Below, piece after piece: positions 19,152-28,481 of a stretch of 64,000 nt of DNA (positions within the stretch are counted from its first letter, which is position 1; each line of letters begins with the position of its first letter). This stretch comes from Candidatus Aenigmatarchaeota archaeon. Lineage in GTDB: Archaea; Aenigmatarchaeota; Aenigmatarchaeia; Aenigmatarchaeales; JACQIB01. A model generated the notes under the pieces. That model did no database searches. It was not told where the DNA came from and saw only the letters and a program-made list of their open reading frames with translations. The stretch is taken from contig JACQIB010000004.1 in the NCBI GenBank assembly GCA_016198755.1, positions 96,001 to 160,000 of the forward strand. The letters run 5' to 3'. The position numbers and the translations under genes were made by a program.

Positions 19152-21251
19152 ATGCAACTTAAACTACCTCTGCTCTCTGCTATATTCTTCCTTATTTTCC
19201 TGTTGCCAATAGCATTTGCACACAACAGTGTTGACCAGAAAACATTGGACGATTTTGTGAGCCAGTATAATTCTTTCTATGAGAAAAACCCAAGTATTCT
19301 AAAAAGCCTTCTGGGTACTGAAACAATAAAGGTTTCTTTAACTCTTGCAGACGGAGATGTTGCAATTTTCGGTGTAAAAACAGTAGACGGAAAAATAACA
19401 GAATCCAGTCCAACAGCCTATTCCGGTTCCACTCTTGCAATATCCTTCTCAGAAAACACTTTAACAAGAATAGGAAACAGCGAGAATCCTGTTTCAGAAT
19501 TCCAGAAAGCTTGGGGCACTGAAATAAAAATCCAGGGTCTCTCTATTGGAAACATAATCAAGTTCTTTTTCATAAACCTACTCCTTTCTATTCTAAAATT
19601 CTTTTCCGCAGCACCTGCAACAACTCAGATAGGAGTTCAGGGAAGTGCCTTTAACTATGTTATAACACCTCCAGCAGCAGTTTCAAAACCCCGATTTCCC
19701 TATATTATGATGGGCGATTATCCTGCAAGCGAGGATATAGGTTCCTGCGGTTTCACTGTAAACGGAACCTATTATGGATATACAGTAATCCCTGAAATGA
19801 GCTTTACTCTAAAAAAGGATGATGGAAGCTGGTGCAAAACATCCCCTGTAAATATGTGCCTGCATAACATACGTGGCACAAGCCGTCCAATTTTCAAGAT
19901 AGAAAATGCACCCAAAAGTGGCATTTATTATTTGTCTATTAATCTTCCACAAGGCTGGGGAATGGCTCCTGACAACAGGATAATTGCCGCAGGCGGGGAA
20001 GTCAGCACAACAAACAACAAGTCCACACTCAAAGTTATTTTATCCCCCTCCAAAGAACCCCCATACACTTTCTTTGCAATTAAACAGGGCCAGCCCACTC
20101 CAGCCCCAGTTTTGTGCGATGGTGTTACAACCTCCACTGTACCCACAACAATACCTACCACAACCACTACTGTACCTACAACAACTACAACAATAGACTT
20201 TTCAACAACTACTATTGTTGGCTCTCCTGATATGACTTTAAACAACAACGACGTTACAAACAGCACATATATAATAAATAATACGCCCACACGACGCTGG
20301 CCTCAAACTATTTTCCACATATTCAATGTTACAGTAAGAAACATTGGCACAGTCGCCACTGGGCAATTCGATGTTCTTATGCAACCGTACAATATAACCA
20401 ACCCAGCCGTTTACACATTCCACAACCCAGCAGAACCAGACTACAATAATTATAGAGTAAACAACATTCCAGCAGGCGATAAATTCACAATAACAGTTAA
20501 TGCTACTTTAACCGCGAGAAATGGCACTTTCGATCCTTTAACAAACTACCATCCAGCAGTATATTGCATCCCGCTTAATATAACAGTAGACAAGCCAAAC
20601 GTGGTTATAGAATCTAATGAAAATAACAACTTCCTGTCTACAATAGTTTATAATAATTCTGTTGCATTCCCGCATTTCACACCTTGTACCACTTCCACCC
20701 CACCCCCAACAACCACTTCCACTACAACATCCACGACCACAACGACCACAACAACCACCACAACTACAACCCTAGGGATGGCTGATCTGAACGTTACAAA
20801 CGCAACTCTCGTATACCTGTACTACTATAGTGGTGCATCAACACCGTACCCCAACACAAATCCGTATAACGGCTTCTATAAAATAAGAGCCAATATCAAA
20901 AACCTAGGAAATGGGGATGCAGGCCCATTTTGGGTCAATGCTACATTATACGATGGTACTTCGGGCTTTCCAGATACATATGACAATCTTTACAACATGA
21001 CACAGATATATGTTAGCGGCTTGGCAGCAGGGCAGACCACGACTATAGAATTCTTATATTTCAATACAACGAAATTCAATGGACCTCTAGATCCCGTTGG
21101 CAATAGGTATACTCAGGTGAGTGTCATGATAAATCCAGACTACCTAAATAACGTACCGGAGAGCAACGAAAACAACAAGAAATATATAGTTTCAGTCGGT
21201 AATAGGTTCTATGAGGGAATAAACACAATAGTTTACAGGTTTCCAAGCTAA
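19152..21251 (+). CDS. Secreted surface protein: SCP2-like N-domain, Thr-rich linkers, two CARDB domains
   Basis: Signal peptide (AFA|H); two V.N.G...ESNENN CARDB signatures; poly-Thr tracts. Confidence 0.75.
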   Translation: MQLKLPLLSAIFFLIFLLPIAFAHNSVDQKTLDDFVSQYNSFYEKNPSILKSLLGTETIKVSLTLADGDVAIFGVKTVDGKITESSPTAYSGSTLAISFSENTLTRIGNSENPVSEFQKAWGTEIKIQGLSIGNIIKFFFINLLLSILKFFSAAPATTQIGVQGSAFNYVITPPAAVSKPRFPYIMMGDYPASEDIGSCGFTVNGTYYGYTVIPEMSFTLKKDDGSWCKTSPVNMCLHNIRGTSRPIFKIENAPKSGIYYLSINLPQGWGMAPDNRIIAAGGEVSTTNNKSTLKVILSPSKEPPYTFFAIKQGQPTPAPVLCDGVTTSTVPTTIPTTTTTVPTTTTTIDFSTTTIVGSPDMTLNNNDVTNSTYIINNTPTRRWPQTIFHIFNVTVRNIGTVATGQFDVLMQPYNITNPAVYTFHNPAEPDYNNYRVNNIPAGDKFTITVNATLTARNGTFDPLTNYHPAVYCIPLNITVDKPNVVIESNENNNFLSTIVYNNSVAFPHFTPCTTSTPPPTTTSTTTSTTTTTTTTTTTTTLGMADLNVTNATLVYLYYYSGASTPYPNTNPYNGFYKIRANIKNLGNGDAGPFWVNATLYDGTSGFPDTYDNLYNMTQIYVSGLAAGQTTTIEFLYFNTTKFNGPLDPVGNRYTQVSVMINPDYLNNVPESNENNKKYIVSVGNRFYEGINTIVYRFPS
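20686..20771 (+). repeat. Low-complexity ACN codon tract encoding a poly-Thr linker
   Basis: Encodes TTSTPPPTTTSTTTSTTTTTTTTTTTTT with mixed codons. Confidence 0.8.
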
Positions 21252-21504
21252 ATTTCAATAATTTTCCTACTTTTTCTTAAAACCTGCCCCAGCTGTAGGT
21301 CTATATAATGTTCATGTTAAAGCCGGATTTGTACAAGGCAGTTGCAGCAATTTAGGCTTTTCTGGGCGAGGCATACATGTAGAAACATCTGTAAAACCAC
21401 GCTCAAAATCTAATCCTGCAACTAAAAAAGACCTGCATAGATTTATGATGACTGCAGCTGTGCCTGGAATGAAAACTCCCATATAGATAGTGGAAGAAAA
21501 TGGC

Positions 21505-21771
21505 TTAGCGTTGCAGAGCTTTCTTGAAGGCAGCTTCCAGCTCATCGCACTTTTCTTCTATTGCAACAGCAGACTTCTCCAAAAGCTTTCTTGGGTTGGA
21601 TCCTTTCACAAGCAATCTAGTCTCAGCCATGAATGGATGTTCTTTCAAAGCAGCAGCTTCCCCCCCTTCTATCCAAACCTGCTTAGATACCAAAGAAGCC
21701 AAAGTCATGCCCTCATCTTTCATTTCAATCTTCAGTTTATCTTTCTGGTCCTCAAGAACTTCTATGTTCAT
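21505..21771 (-). CDS. rpoL: RNA polymerase subunit L (Rpo11)
   Basis: 88 aa, EGMTLAS (usually E.HTL.N), EHP motif, C-terminal helix. Confidence 0.85.
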   Translation of the reverse strand: MNIEVLEDQKDKLKIEMKDEGMTLASLVSKQVWIEGGEAAALKEHPFMAETRLLVKGSNPRKLLEKSAVAIEEKCDELEAAFKKALQR

Positions 21772-21851
21772 GCACTCAGTTATATGGAAAGACTATTTAA
21801 AGCTTTTAGGGGGTGTGCAATGCTTAAATTATAGTAAATATCAAATCCACC

Positions 21852-22358
21852 ATGCTTTGGGAAATTTTTCAAGCGTTTTTAGTGCTCGTAATTGTTCTAG
21901 TTGCTGGTCATTTAATAGACTACAGGGTTTTAAAACCTCTTCACAGAAAAGAAAGAAAATGGGGGCTAAATATATCCTGCTGTGACACTGATGGGGGAGG
22001 AATAAACGCGGATGTTGTAGAAAGGGATATTCCAAATTTTGTTCTCATAAAGGATATTTACAAACTGCCTTTCAAAAACAAGCAGTTTGATACTGTTTTA
22101 TGTTCCCATACAATAGAGCATGTAAAAGAGCCTGAGAGGTTTTATAAAGAGCTTCAAAGGGTTGGAAAGAGTGTTACCATACTTATCCCGCCGATATGGG
22201 ACATGTTAGGCAGTTTTCTTGATTTTATAGAACACCGCTGGCTGTTTTTGACATTTAAAACCAGACATGATAATGAGCTGCCCAAAAGTATAAAACTCCC
22301 ATATTGGAGCTTTATATCTTGGTTGCAGGAAAAAACATATGGAAAGGTATTGCCGTAA
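21852..22358 (+). CDS. Membrane-anchored class I SAM methyltransferase-like protein
   Basis: LPFKNKQFDTVLCSHTIEH; N-terminal TM; degenerate motif I. Confidence 0.75.
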   Translation: MLWEIFQAFLVLVIVLVAGHLIDYRVLKPLHRKERKWGLNISCCDTDGGGINADVVERDIPNFVLIKDIYKLPFKNKQFDTVLCSHTIEHVKEPERFYKELQRVGKSVTILIPPIWDMLGSFLDFIEHRWLFLTFKTRHDNELPKSIKLPYWSFISWLQEKTYGKVLP

Positions 22359-22377
22359 AAATATTTCGGGTGTATTC

Positions 22378-23007
22378 ATGGTAGAAAAGTTTGGCAGGGA
22401 CTATTATTACGGAAGGAAAAAATCCAATTATTCTAACTATGAGACAATTGATTTTCCTAGGCAATTCAAAGCTATACTGGAATTTATGCGCAAAACAGGA
22501 GCTAAAAGGTTTCTGGATGTAGGTTGTGCATTTGGCTATCTTGTAAACCTTGCGTTACCGTATGTGAAAGAGGCACATGGATGCGATGCTTCACACTTTG
22601 CAGTCAAAAAAGCAAAGTCCATGTTTCCTAGGGGCAAATTCAAAGTTTCAAACTTGGAAAAAGATTTATCCTATCCGAATGAATATTTTGATGTTATAAC
22701 TGCTTTGGATATTCTGGAACACACAAAATCCATAAAGGAATCCATGAAAAATATAATAAAAAAATTAAGGCCTGGCGGATATCTTATAATATCCCTTCCA
22801 TTCAACGGAAAGTTGAGGCTTATAATGAAGCACATAGACAAAGACGTTACACATATATCTGTTATACCGGAGAAAGAGCTTTTGGAAATCATATCATCCT
22901 GCGGATTGGACGTTGTTAAGAAGCTGTATTTTTTGCCTGTTCCATATTTTACAAAGATATACGGCATACCTGCTGAAATAGAGTTGTATCTGAGAAAACC
23001 TTATTGA
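22378..23007 (+). CDS. Class I SAM-dependent methyltransferase
   Basis: LDVGCAFG, FDVITALDILEH, LRPGG. Confidence 0.9.
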   Translation: MVEKFGRDYYYGRKKSNYSNYETIDFPRQFKAILEFMRKTGAKRFLDVGCAFGYLVNLALPYVKEAHGCDASHFAVKKAKSMFPRGKFKVSNLEKDLSYPNEYFDVITALDILEHTKSIKESMKNIIKKLRPGGYLIISLPFNGKLRLIMKHIDKDVTHISVIPEKELLEIISSCGLDVVKKLYFLPVPYFTKIYGIPAEIELYLRKPY

Positions 23008-23026
23008 AGAGCTTCCATAGGTTTTC

Positions 23027-23428
23027 TCATGTCCTGCTGATAGTCTCTTCTGCAAAACTTAACAGCCTCTCAGCATGCTTTACAGCTGCTTCTGCATCTT
23101 TTTGCACAGCTAATCTTTCTCCATATTCTGCAGAAGTCTTCACGCTTAGCAAAGAAGATAAATGGCGGGCCGCTTTTTTAATATCTTCATTTTGCGGTTC
23201 TATGCTTATTAGCAGCGCTATAGAGTCAGTATGAGTTTCACCAGCATTTCTTATGCCTTTTTTGAACACACAAATAGCATCTGCCGCAGAAATTGAAGCA
23301 TGAATAGAATTTATAACAGCAGCATCCCAATCGCCCGTTTCCAATGCTCTTATAGCGGCATTTTTACATTGTCGAGCCTTTATCAAATAGTTGCCTGCAA
23401 AAGACCTGTCCACGTTTCTTGTTTTCAT
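23027..23428 (-). CDS. HEPN domain protein
   Basis: IHASISAADA...RNAGETH...KTSAEYG; ATGA overlap with the MNT gene. Confidence 0.85.
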   Translation of the reverse strand: MKTRNVDRSFAGNYLIKARQCKNAAIRALETGDWDAAVINSIHASISAADAICVFKKGIRNAGETHTDSIALLISIEPQNEDIKKAARHLSSLLSVKTSAEYGERLAVQKDAEAAVKHAERLLSFAEETISRT

Positions 23429-24012
23429 TTTTCTAACACCACTATGCCAGTTTTTATATTTTCTAAAAGTTTCTTGTTTTTTTCACTCTCAAACTTTTTA
23501 GGCGTGTATATAATGAAGGATAGTTTATTTCCATATCTGCGCAGGCATCTATTATCCAGATCAGCTAACATATTAAGGAGCTTATCATTTTCCCTATCCA
23601 CCAATACAAATAGGTCTATATCACTCTCTGGCATATCATTTTCTTCTGAAACAGAGCCGAAAATAATAGCTTTTCTTACTTCATTTATGGTTTGCAGTTT
23701 CAATAATTCCCTTCTTAAATCTTTAAGCGGAGTGTCTCCATCCTTCCATTTCTCAAAAATATGGTTTATAAAATCATATGCATAGCTCTCCTTATTTACG
23801 CTCCACATAAAGGCGGTTCCAATGCGCGTGGATTTTATAAAGTTGGCATCTTGAAAAGACTTAAGACTTTTACTAACTGCCGCATTAGATACTCCAAGTA
23901 TTCTTGCAGTTTCCCGCTCACTGCCTATCACATCACTTCTTATTAATTCCTGCAGTAATAAAATCTTTATCTTCGACCCCATAAGGTTGCATGCGAAATC
24001 TCTGAATTGCAT
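23425..24012 (-). CDS. wHTH-MNT antitoxin
   Basis: HTH (SERETARILGVSNAAVS); IFGSV...SDIDLFV. Confidence 0.9.
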   Translation of the reverse strand: MQFRDFACNLMGSKIKILLLQELIRSDVIGSERETARILGVSNAAVSKSLKSFQDANFIKSTRIGTAFMWSVNKESYAYDFINHIFEKWKDGDTPLKDLRRELLKLQTINEVRKAIIFGSVSEENDMPESDIDLFVLVDRENDKLLNMLADLDNRCLRRYGNKLSFIIYTPKKFESEKNKKLLENIKTGIVVLEK

Positions 24013-24019
24013 ACTTTTA

Positions 24020-24060
24020 TTAACTATTGTTAATATTTAAAGTTAACTATTGTTAACTTT
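24020..24060 (-). promoter_or_regulatory. Twin palindromes flanking the TATA box of MNT-HEPN pair 3
   Basis: TTAAC-TATT-GTTAA at 24020-24033 and 24043-24056 on either side of TTTAAATA (minus, 24034-24041). Confidence 0.7.
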
Positions 24061-24068
24061 TATTAACA

Positions 24069-24986
24069 CTACAAGGCAAGTGCTTCCATAAGCTCATCTG
24101 GGTTTATTATAGGCTTTGAAAACTGTATTCTGTCTTCTATAGCTATTCTCGGACAGGCTGTATTTACAATGCAGTCCACTGGAAAATCTTCTATTTTTTC
24201 TGGTTTGAGCTCATCGCATGCAAAAATATAGGCTGTCTTCCCTTTCTTTTCTATTATACTCTTTAAGTCCCGCGCAGAAAAGAACTTCTGCCCTGGTTTT
24301 GTGCTGATAACAATCCCAAAAGTTTTAGAATCTTTAGCTCTGCTAACAGCAACTGCTTTCTGTTTAAAAAACAGTTCTTTTGCAGCCTCAGCTGACCTGA
24401 TTTCCCCCCGTTCGATATCCAGCAGGAACAGTGGTTTTTTGGTTTCCAAAGCAACAGCAAGCGCATGGAATTTTCCTGATCCCAAAGAAACAAAACAGTC
24501 AACTTTACCGGCAACAGAAAGCCCAGCATTCCCATCGCACCCTAAAAGCTGCCCAGAATGTAGTTCAGGCTTGTCCCCATAGGGTTTTTCAGATTTTCCT
24601 ATTTCCACTTTCTTTCCTTTTGTTTCTAACAGTTCTTTCAAAACAGGCAGCCAGTCTAAAAATTGCAGGCTTGAAACCAATCCAAAGCTTTTGAATTGTT
24701 CTATTTGTTTCCAGTCCCTTTCAAGTATAGTTTTTAATCGTATGCTGTCGCAGGGAAGCCTGTATTCTATAAACTCTACAGGGATTTTGCTGTTTACAAA
24801 CTTAACATGTCCATAATGGACAATCTTGTCACACCCTAAAGAGAGAGCCTCGGAGTCGCGCAAATCACAGGCTCCAAAGCAGTTCTCTGCTGAAATTATA
24901 ACTTCATTTCCCTGTTTTTCAAGCTCAGAAGCATAGGCTAAAGCCTGTTTTCTTAGTCCAGCAGGTACCTGTATAAGTATTCTCAT
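24069..24986 (-). CDS. dph2: Diphthamide biosynthesis protein Dph2
   Basis: CFGACD, HYGH, GQLLGC, GKFH, STKPGQ, TACPRI. Confidence 0.93.
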   Translation of the reverse strand: MRILIQVPAGLRKQALAYASELEKQGNEVIISAENCFGACDLRDSEALSLGCDKIVHYGHVKFVNSKIPVEFIEYRLPCDSIRLKTILERDWKQIEQFKSFGLVSSLQFLDWLPVLKELLETKGKKVEIGKSEKPYGDKPELHSGQLLGCDGNAGLSVAGKVDCFVSLGSGKFHALAVALETKKPLFLLDIERGEIRSAEAAKELFFKQKAVAVSRAKDSKTFGIVISTKPGQKFFSARDLKSIIEKKGKTAYIFACDELKPEKIEDFPVDCIVNTACPRIAIEDRIQFSKPIINPDELMEALAL

Positions 24987-25019
24987 GAGAAAAGCTGCAG
25001 CTGGAAAGCTCTTAAAGCT

Positions 25020-25754
25020 TTATCCAGTGAGAAAACGCGAATAATCTATAATATTCAAATACTGCAAAACAAACGGGAGAACTATAAGCAAAGCAATTAT
25101 AATTGCAGCCGCCTGCAGCCCTTTGCGCATGCCAGCTTCCCTGAACCCAAAAGCCGCCCCAGCTATAATTCCTCCTATATGCGCCCCATAAGCAATATTA
25201 CTCGCAATTCCTCCAAGAGTGGCAAAGAAAGCTATAAAGTTAAAAGCAGTATAAAAGACAGCAGCAAGTATCAGCGGGACAGGTATAATATAGGGGTAAA
25301 AAACAAGGTTAAAGGGCCTCATAATCATTGCCCCGCCCATAAGCCCGAAAATTGCTGCTGAAGCCCCAATAGTTGGTATTGTTGCAGAGCCAAAACCCAG
25401 CAAAGCTGTAAATGAAATAACAAGGTCTCCAACCAGTCCGGAAACAAAGAAAATGGCCAGATATTTCTTCCAGTTTACAGATTCCTCAACAGCTCTCCCA
25501 AAGAAATACAAAGCAAGGAGATTAACAACAATATGCTCAACCCCACCGTGCAGGAAAATTGAGGTCAGCAGCGTCCACCACTTACCCTGCAAAAGTCCCT
25601 GTAAAGAAAATCCAAACCCATCTATAAGGGCTTTTTCAGCTACAGCTCCCTGCAAAAAATAAACAAGCCCCTCATAGAAATAGACAGCAACAATAACACC
25701 CATTAAAATATAGGTCAGTCTTGGTTCCTTTTCTTTGTGCAGTTCAAAAGGCAT
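25020..25754 (-). CDS. Rhomboid intramembrane serine protease
   Basis: TSIFLHG..HI..N, GASAAIFG, AHIGG. Confidence 0.92.
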   Translation of the reverse strand: MPFELHKEKEPRLTYILMGVIVAVYFYEGLVYFLQGAVAEKALIDGFGFSLQGLLQGKWWTLLTSIFLHGGVEHIVVNLLALYFFGRAVEESVNWKKYLAIFFVSGLVGDLVISFTALLGFGSATIPTIGASAAIFGLMGGAMIMRPFNLVFYPYIIPVPLILAAVFYTAFNFIAFFATLGGIASNIAYGAHIGGIIAGAAFGFREAGMRKGLQAAAIIIALLIVLPFVLQYLNIIDYSRFLTG

Positions 25755-25838
25755 AAACAGCTTTGTTAGGCTGGGAATAAAAACATACCTCAATAAAAAG
25801 CCTATTTAAGCATTCAAATAGCATTAGAAAATGATTTT

Positions 25839-26396
25839 ATGCCTTATGTACCTGTCACAGGGAAAACTCTTGTAGTAAATAGCGTAATCTATTCTGAAGT
25901 TTTTCCTTTTGCACACCCATCATACTACAGAGTATCTCTCTACCAGCTAAAAGCACATGAAAATATTGTAGATAAACATGTAAGAGAGGTTGCACAGCAA
26001 ATTAGGGATGCTGGCAGATTAAACAGGCCAATACCAGTTTCCCGATGGTTTTGCAGTGATGGAGCTGGTATAAAATACTCAGATGTTGTTCTGGATGGTC
26101 ACCACAGGCTTGCTGCACTTAATCTTTTGCTTGGTGATGGGTATAATATAGATCGTGTTCCGGTGCATGTTGTAGAATATACTTCTGACAGGGTTCAGTT
26201 AGGGCTCTGGCCAACCGCGAAAATAGCAAGAGTAGAAAAAATGGATGTGGTAGCAGCAGGACTCAGTGGCAGGTTAATGGAACCAAAAACCACAAAACAC
26301 CTTTTTAATCCACCCCTGCCTGAAGAACCAACTCCTTTAGAAGAGCTGCGCGATCCAGATAGAAGAGTTGTTCCAACAAATGCTGGTTCTTGTTAG
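25839..26396 (+). CDS. ParB/Srx-fold protein, SerK/SbnI-like kinase signature
   Basis: AHE...DGHHR...W...G.LM.PKTTKH. Confidence 0.7.
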   Translation: MPYVPVTGKTLVVNSVIYSEVFPFAHPSYYRVSLYQLKAHENIVDKHVREVAQQIRDAGRLNRPIPVSRWFCSDGAGIKYSDVVLDGHHRLAALNLLLGDGYNIDRVPVHVVEYTSDRVQLGLWPTAKIARVEKMDVVAAGLSGRLMEPKTTKHLFNPPLPEEPTPLEELRDPDRRVVPTNAGSC

Positions 26397-26926
26397 GCTG
26401 TATTTTCCTTAGTTATAGAGCACAAACCTGAAAGCTTATGTGTAGCTCTTCTCAGAGCTTCTTTTACAATATCATCTTTTCCTGCAGGAACGCGTGCAGT
26501 CATTATTCTTTGTTCCGGATAAACACGCGCAGCCTGACCAATAGGCTTTCCCCAGCTCATTCTCATTCCCTGAGAAAACCTGTCAGCACCAGCTCCTGTA
26601 GCCATTGGATTATTTCTTAAAACATGATGTGGAAAAGGTCTGATTTTCAAAAAGAATCCAGTCTCACCAAGAGATGCTGTAAGGTATTTTGTGGCAGACT
26701 GCCGTGCAGCTTCAAGGCAGTTTGAGCGGAGCTGGCGTTCCTCATTTATAACAATGCTGTAAACCAATGGAAAGCGAGAATGGTTTTTAATATCTCCCAT
26801 CTCAAACTGATGTATCTTGCTTACAGGAACTCCTTTCACATAGCTTCTCCTCGGTTTTGAAATAGAAATACGTGTAAACGGTTTCTTTGATATGTGGTGA
26901 AAACATCTTCCTGGTATCAATCCCAT
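26393..26926 (-). CDS. rpl10e: 50S ribosomal protein uL16 (L10e)
   Basis: LEAAR, PFPHHVLR.N.MATGAGADR..GMR..WGKPIG. Confidence 0.96.
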   Translation of the reverse strand: MGLIPGRCFHHISKKPFTRISISKPRRSYVKGVPVSKIHQFEMGDIKNHSRFPLVYSIVINEERQLRSNCLEAARQSATKYLTASLGETGFFLKIRPFPHHVLRNNPMATGAGADRFSQGMRMSWGKPIGQAARVYPEQRIMTARVPAGKDDIVKEALRRATHKLSGLCSITKENTA

Positions 26927-26978
26927 CTAAATCCCCTGCCCTTATACTGCGCGGGTCTTTATAAAACTTCCCCATACC

Positions 26979-27179
26979 CTAATGCATGCTTGCAGGCTTG
27001 TATCCATTTGGACGGAGTGAAGAAGCAGTCGGTTCAAACTTATCTTTCTGTATTTTATATAAAAAATCATCCAGTTTCAAAGGTATAGTCCCCTTATCAA
27101 GCGCGTCCTCATAATGTTTTCTATAACTTTCAAGCACTTCTGCAGGTACAACAAGCACATCACTTGGGGCAGCTGTCAT
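26979..27179 (-). CDS. Small hypothetical protein
   Basis: 66-aa ORF filling an intergenic gap, AT-rich upstream; no motif recognised. Confidence 0.35.
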   Translation of the reverse strand: MTAAPSDVLVVPAEVLESYRKHYEDALDKGTIPLKLDDFLYKIQKDKFEPTASSLRPNGYKPASMH

Positions 27180-27241
27180 AATAATCTGGATAATTAGAGT
27201 TAAGAAGCAAATAAAAAGCTTATGTATCCTTAGATGTAGAT

Positions 27242-28411
27242 TTAAAACCAGCCACTTTTCTTTTCTTCATCGGATTTTTCAGTCTTCCAGTGCATAGCAA
27301 GCTTGTTCATCCCTATTTCCACAGAAGCAGAATCATTCCCAACACCACACGTGTTTCCAACTCCAATTATAAGTATTTTTTCCTTTGTTCCGGCGCGTTG
27401 CACAGCAGCTTCCACCATTTTCAAAGCCTGCGGTGCAGCCTCAACCAGCTCCCTTTTCATCACTGATAAAGCATCCTCATCTGAAACTTTTACAGCAACC
27501 GCATCCAAAGGAATTCTTTTAGCAAGAGCAACCTCTTCTATCTCATATCTATCTACTCCACTTCCGCCCATAGCAACTCCAACACCCTCTGCTAAAGATC
27601 CCGTTTTCTCCCCTTCCATTTTCAGAGCAGCATCCACTGTAATAATCCTGTCAATTTTCTGCTTTTTCAAAAGCTTTAGCAAAAACTTCCCTGGATAACC
27701 AGTTGAAGCCCCCGGACCAAGAGCTTTTGAAACAAAAACATTCCTCCCTGCAATTTTTGCTTCTCCCAGCACAAATTCCTCTTCAGTAAATCTTGTTACT
27801 TTTTTCATCATTCTAGCAGCAATCAACGGCCCAATTCCATCCCCAACAGGCATCCCATCAGCAAAAGCTTTTGTAGCTCGCACAGCAGCCTTTGCTACCC
27901 TTACAATAAGCGGTATCTGCATCTGCAAAATCATTGCCAGCTGGAAAATCTTGTACTTCTTTATTGTTTCCAAGAAGTGGCGCACAATTTTAGCTATCTG
28001 GTAGGATTGCATTGCTCCCAGCAAAGCATCCTTTATGTTAGCTTTTTGGATATCAGAAGCCTGCGGAGCAATCTGGTTCACAAAATACGTAAACCTATAG
28101 TCCATCTGCCGCACAACCATGTCTACCTTTTTTACAATACCATACGGATCCATATCCACAGGTGAAACAGCAAAGAATTCCATAAAGTTTTTAACAGCTA
28201 TTTTTTGTTCTTTTGTAGGCTTTCTGGACACAGCATGCAAAGCAATGCTCCTGCTCTTTTCAGCCATACCCTCCAGTTCAGCCACATCTTTTTCCAGCTT
28301 CCAGATTGTTTGTGTAGTCATTAACCGCGGATAAAGAAAAATCATAACCATGAAAAGTATAAAGTAAATTATATTAAGCAGGCCATCCCCGCCCCCTATC
28401 TGCGAAAGCAT
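27242..28411 (-). CDS. DUF1512-family archaeal membrane protein
   Basis: PVDMDPYGI, P.GDGIGPL, GPG...G.PG, VDAALK.EGE.TG..AEGVG, GVGNT.G. Confidence 0.85.
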   Translation of the reverse strand: MLSQIGGGDGLLNIIYFILFMVMIFLYPRLMTTQTIWKLEKDVAELEGMAEKSRSIALHAVSRKPTKEQKIAVKNFMEFFAVSPVDMDPYGIVKKVDMVVRQMDYRFTYFVNQIAPQASDIQKANIKDALLGAMQSYQIAKIVRHFLETIKKYKIFQLAMILQMQIPLIVRVAKAAVRATKAFADGMPVGDGIGPLIAARMMKKVTRFTEEEFVLGEAKIAGRNVFVSKALGPGASTGYPGKFLLKLLKKQKIDRIITVDAALKMEGEKTGSLAEGVGVAMGGSGVDRYEIEEVALAKRIPLDAVAVKVSDEDALSVMKRELVEAAPQALKMVEAAVQRAGTKEKILIIGVGNTCGVGNDSASVEIGMNKLAMHWKTEKSDEEKKSGWF

Positions 28412-28481
28412 GGGCTTACTTTGTTTGTAGCTGTATATAAACCTTTTCTGCCCTCGCGCAGAGTGCTTTCCTTTGGAAAGC

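Noticed and set aside
21312-21545. 77-aa ORF downstream of rpoL
   Set aside because: Overlaps rpoL and has no motif or clear translation signal.
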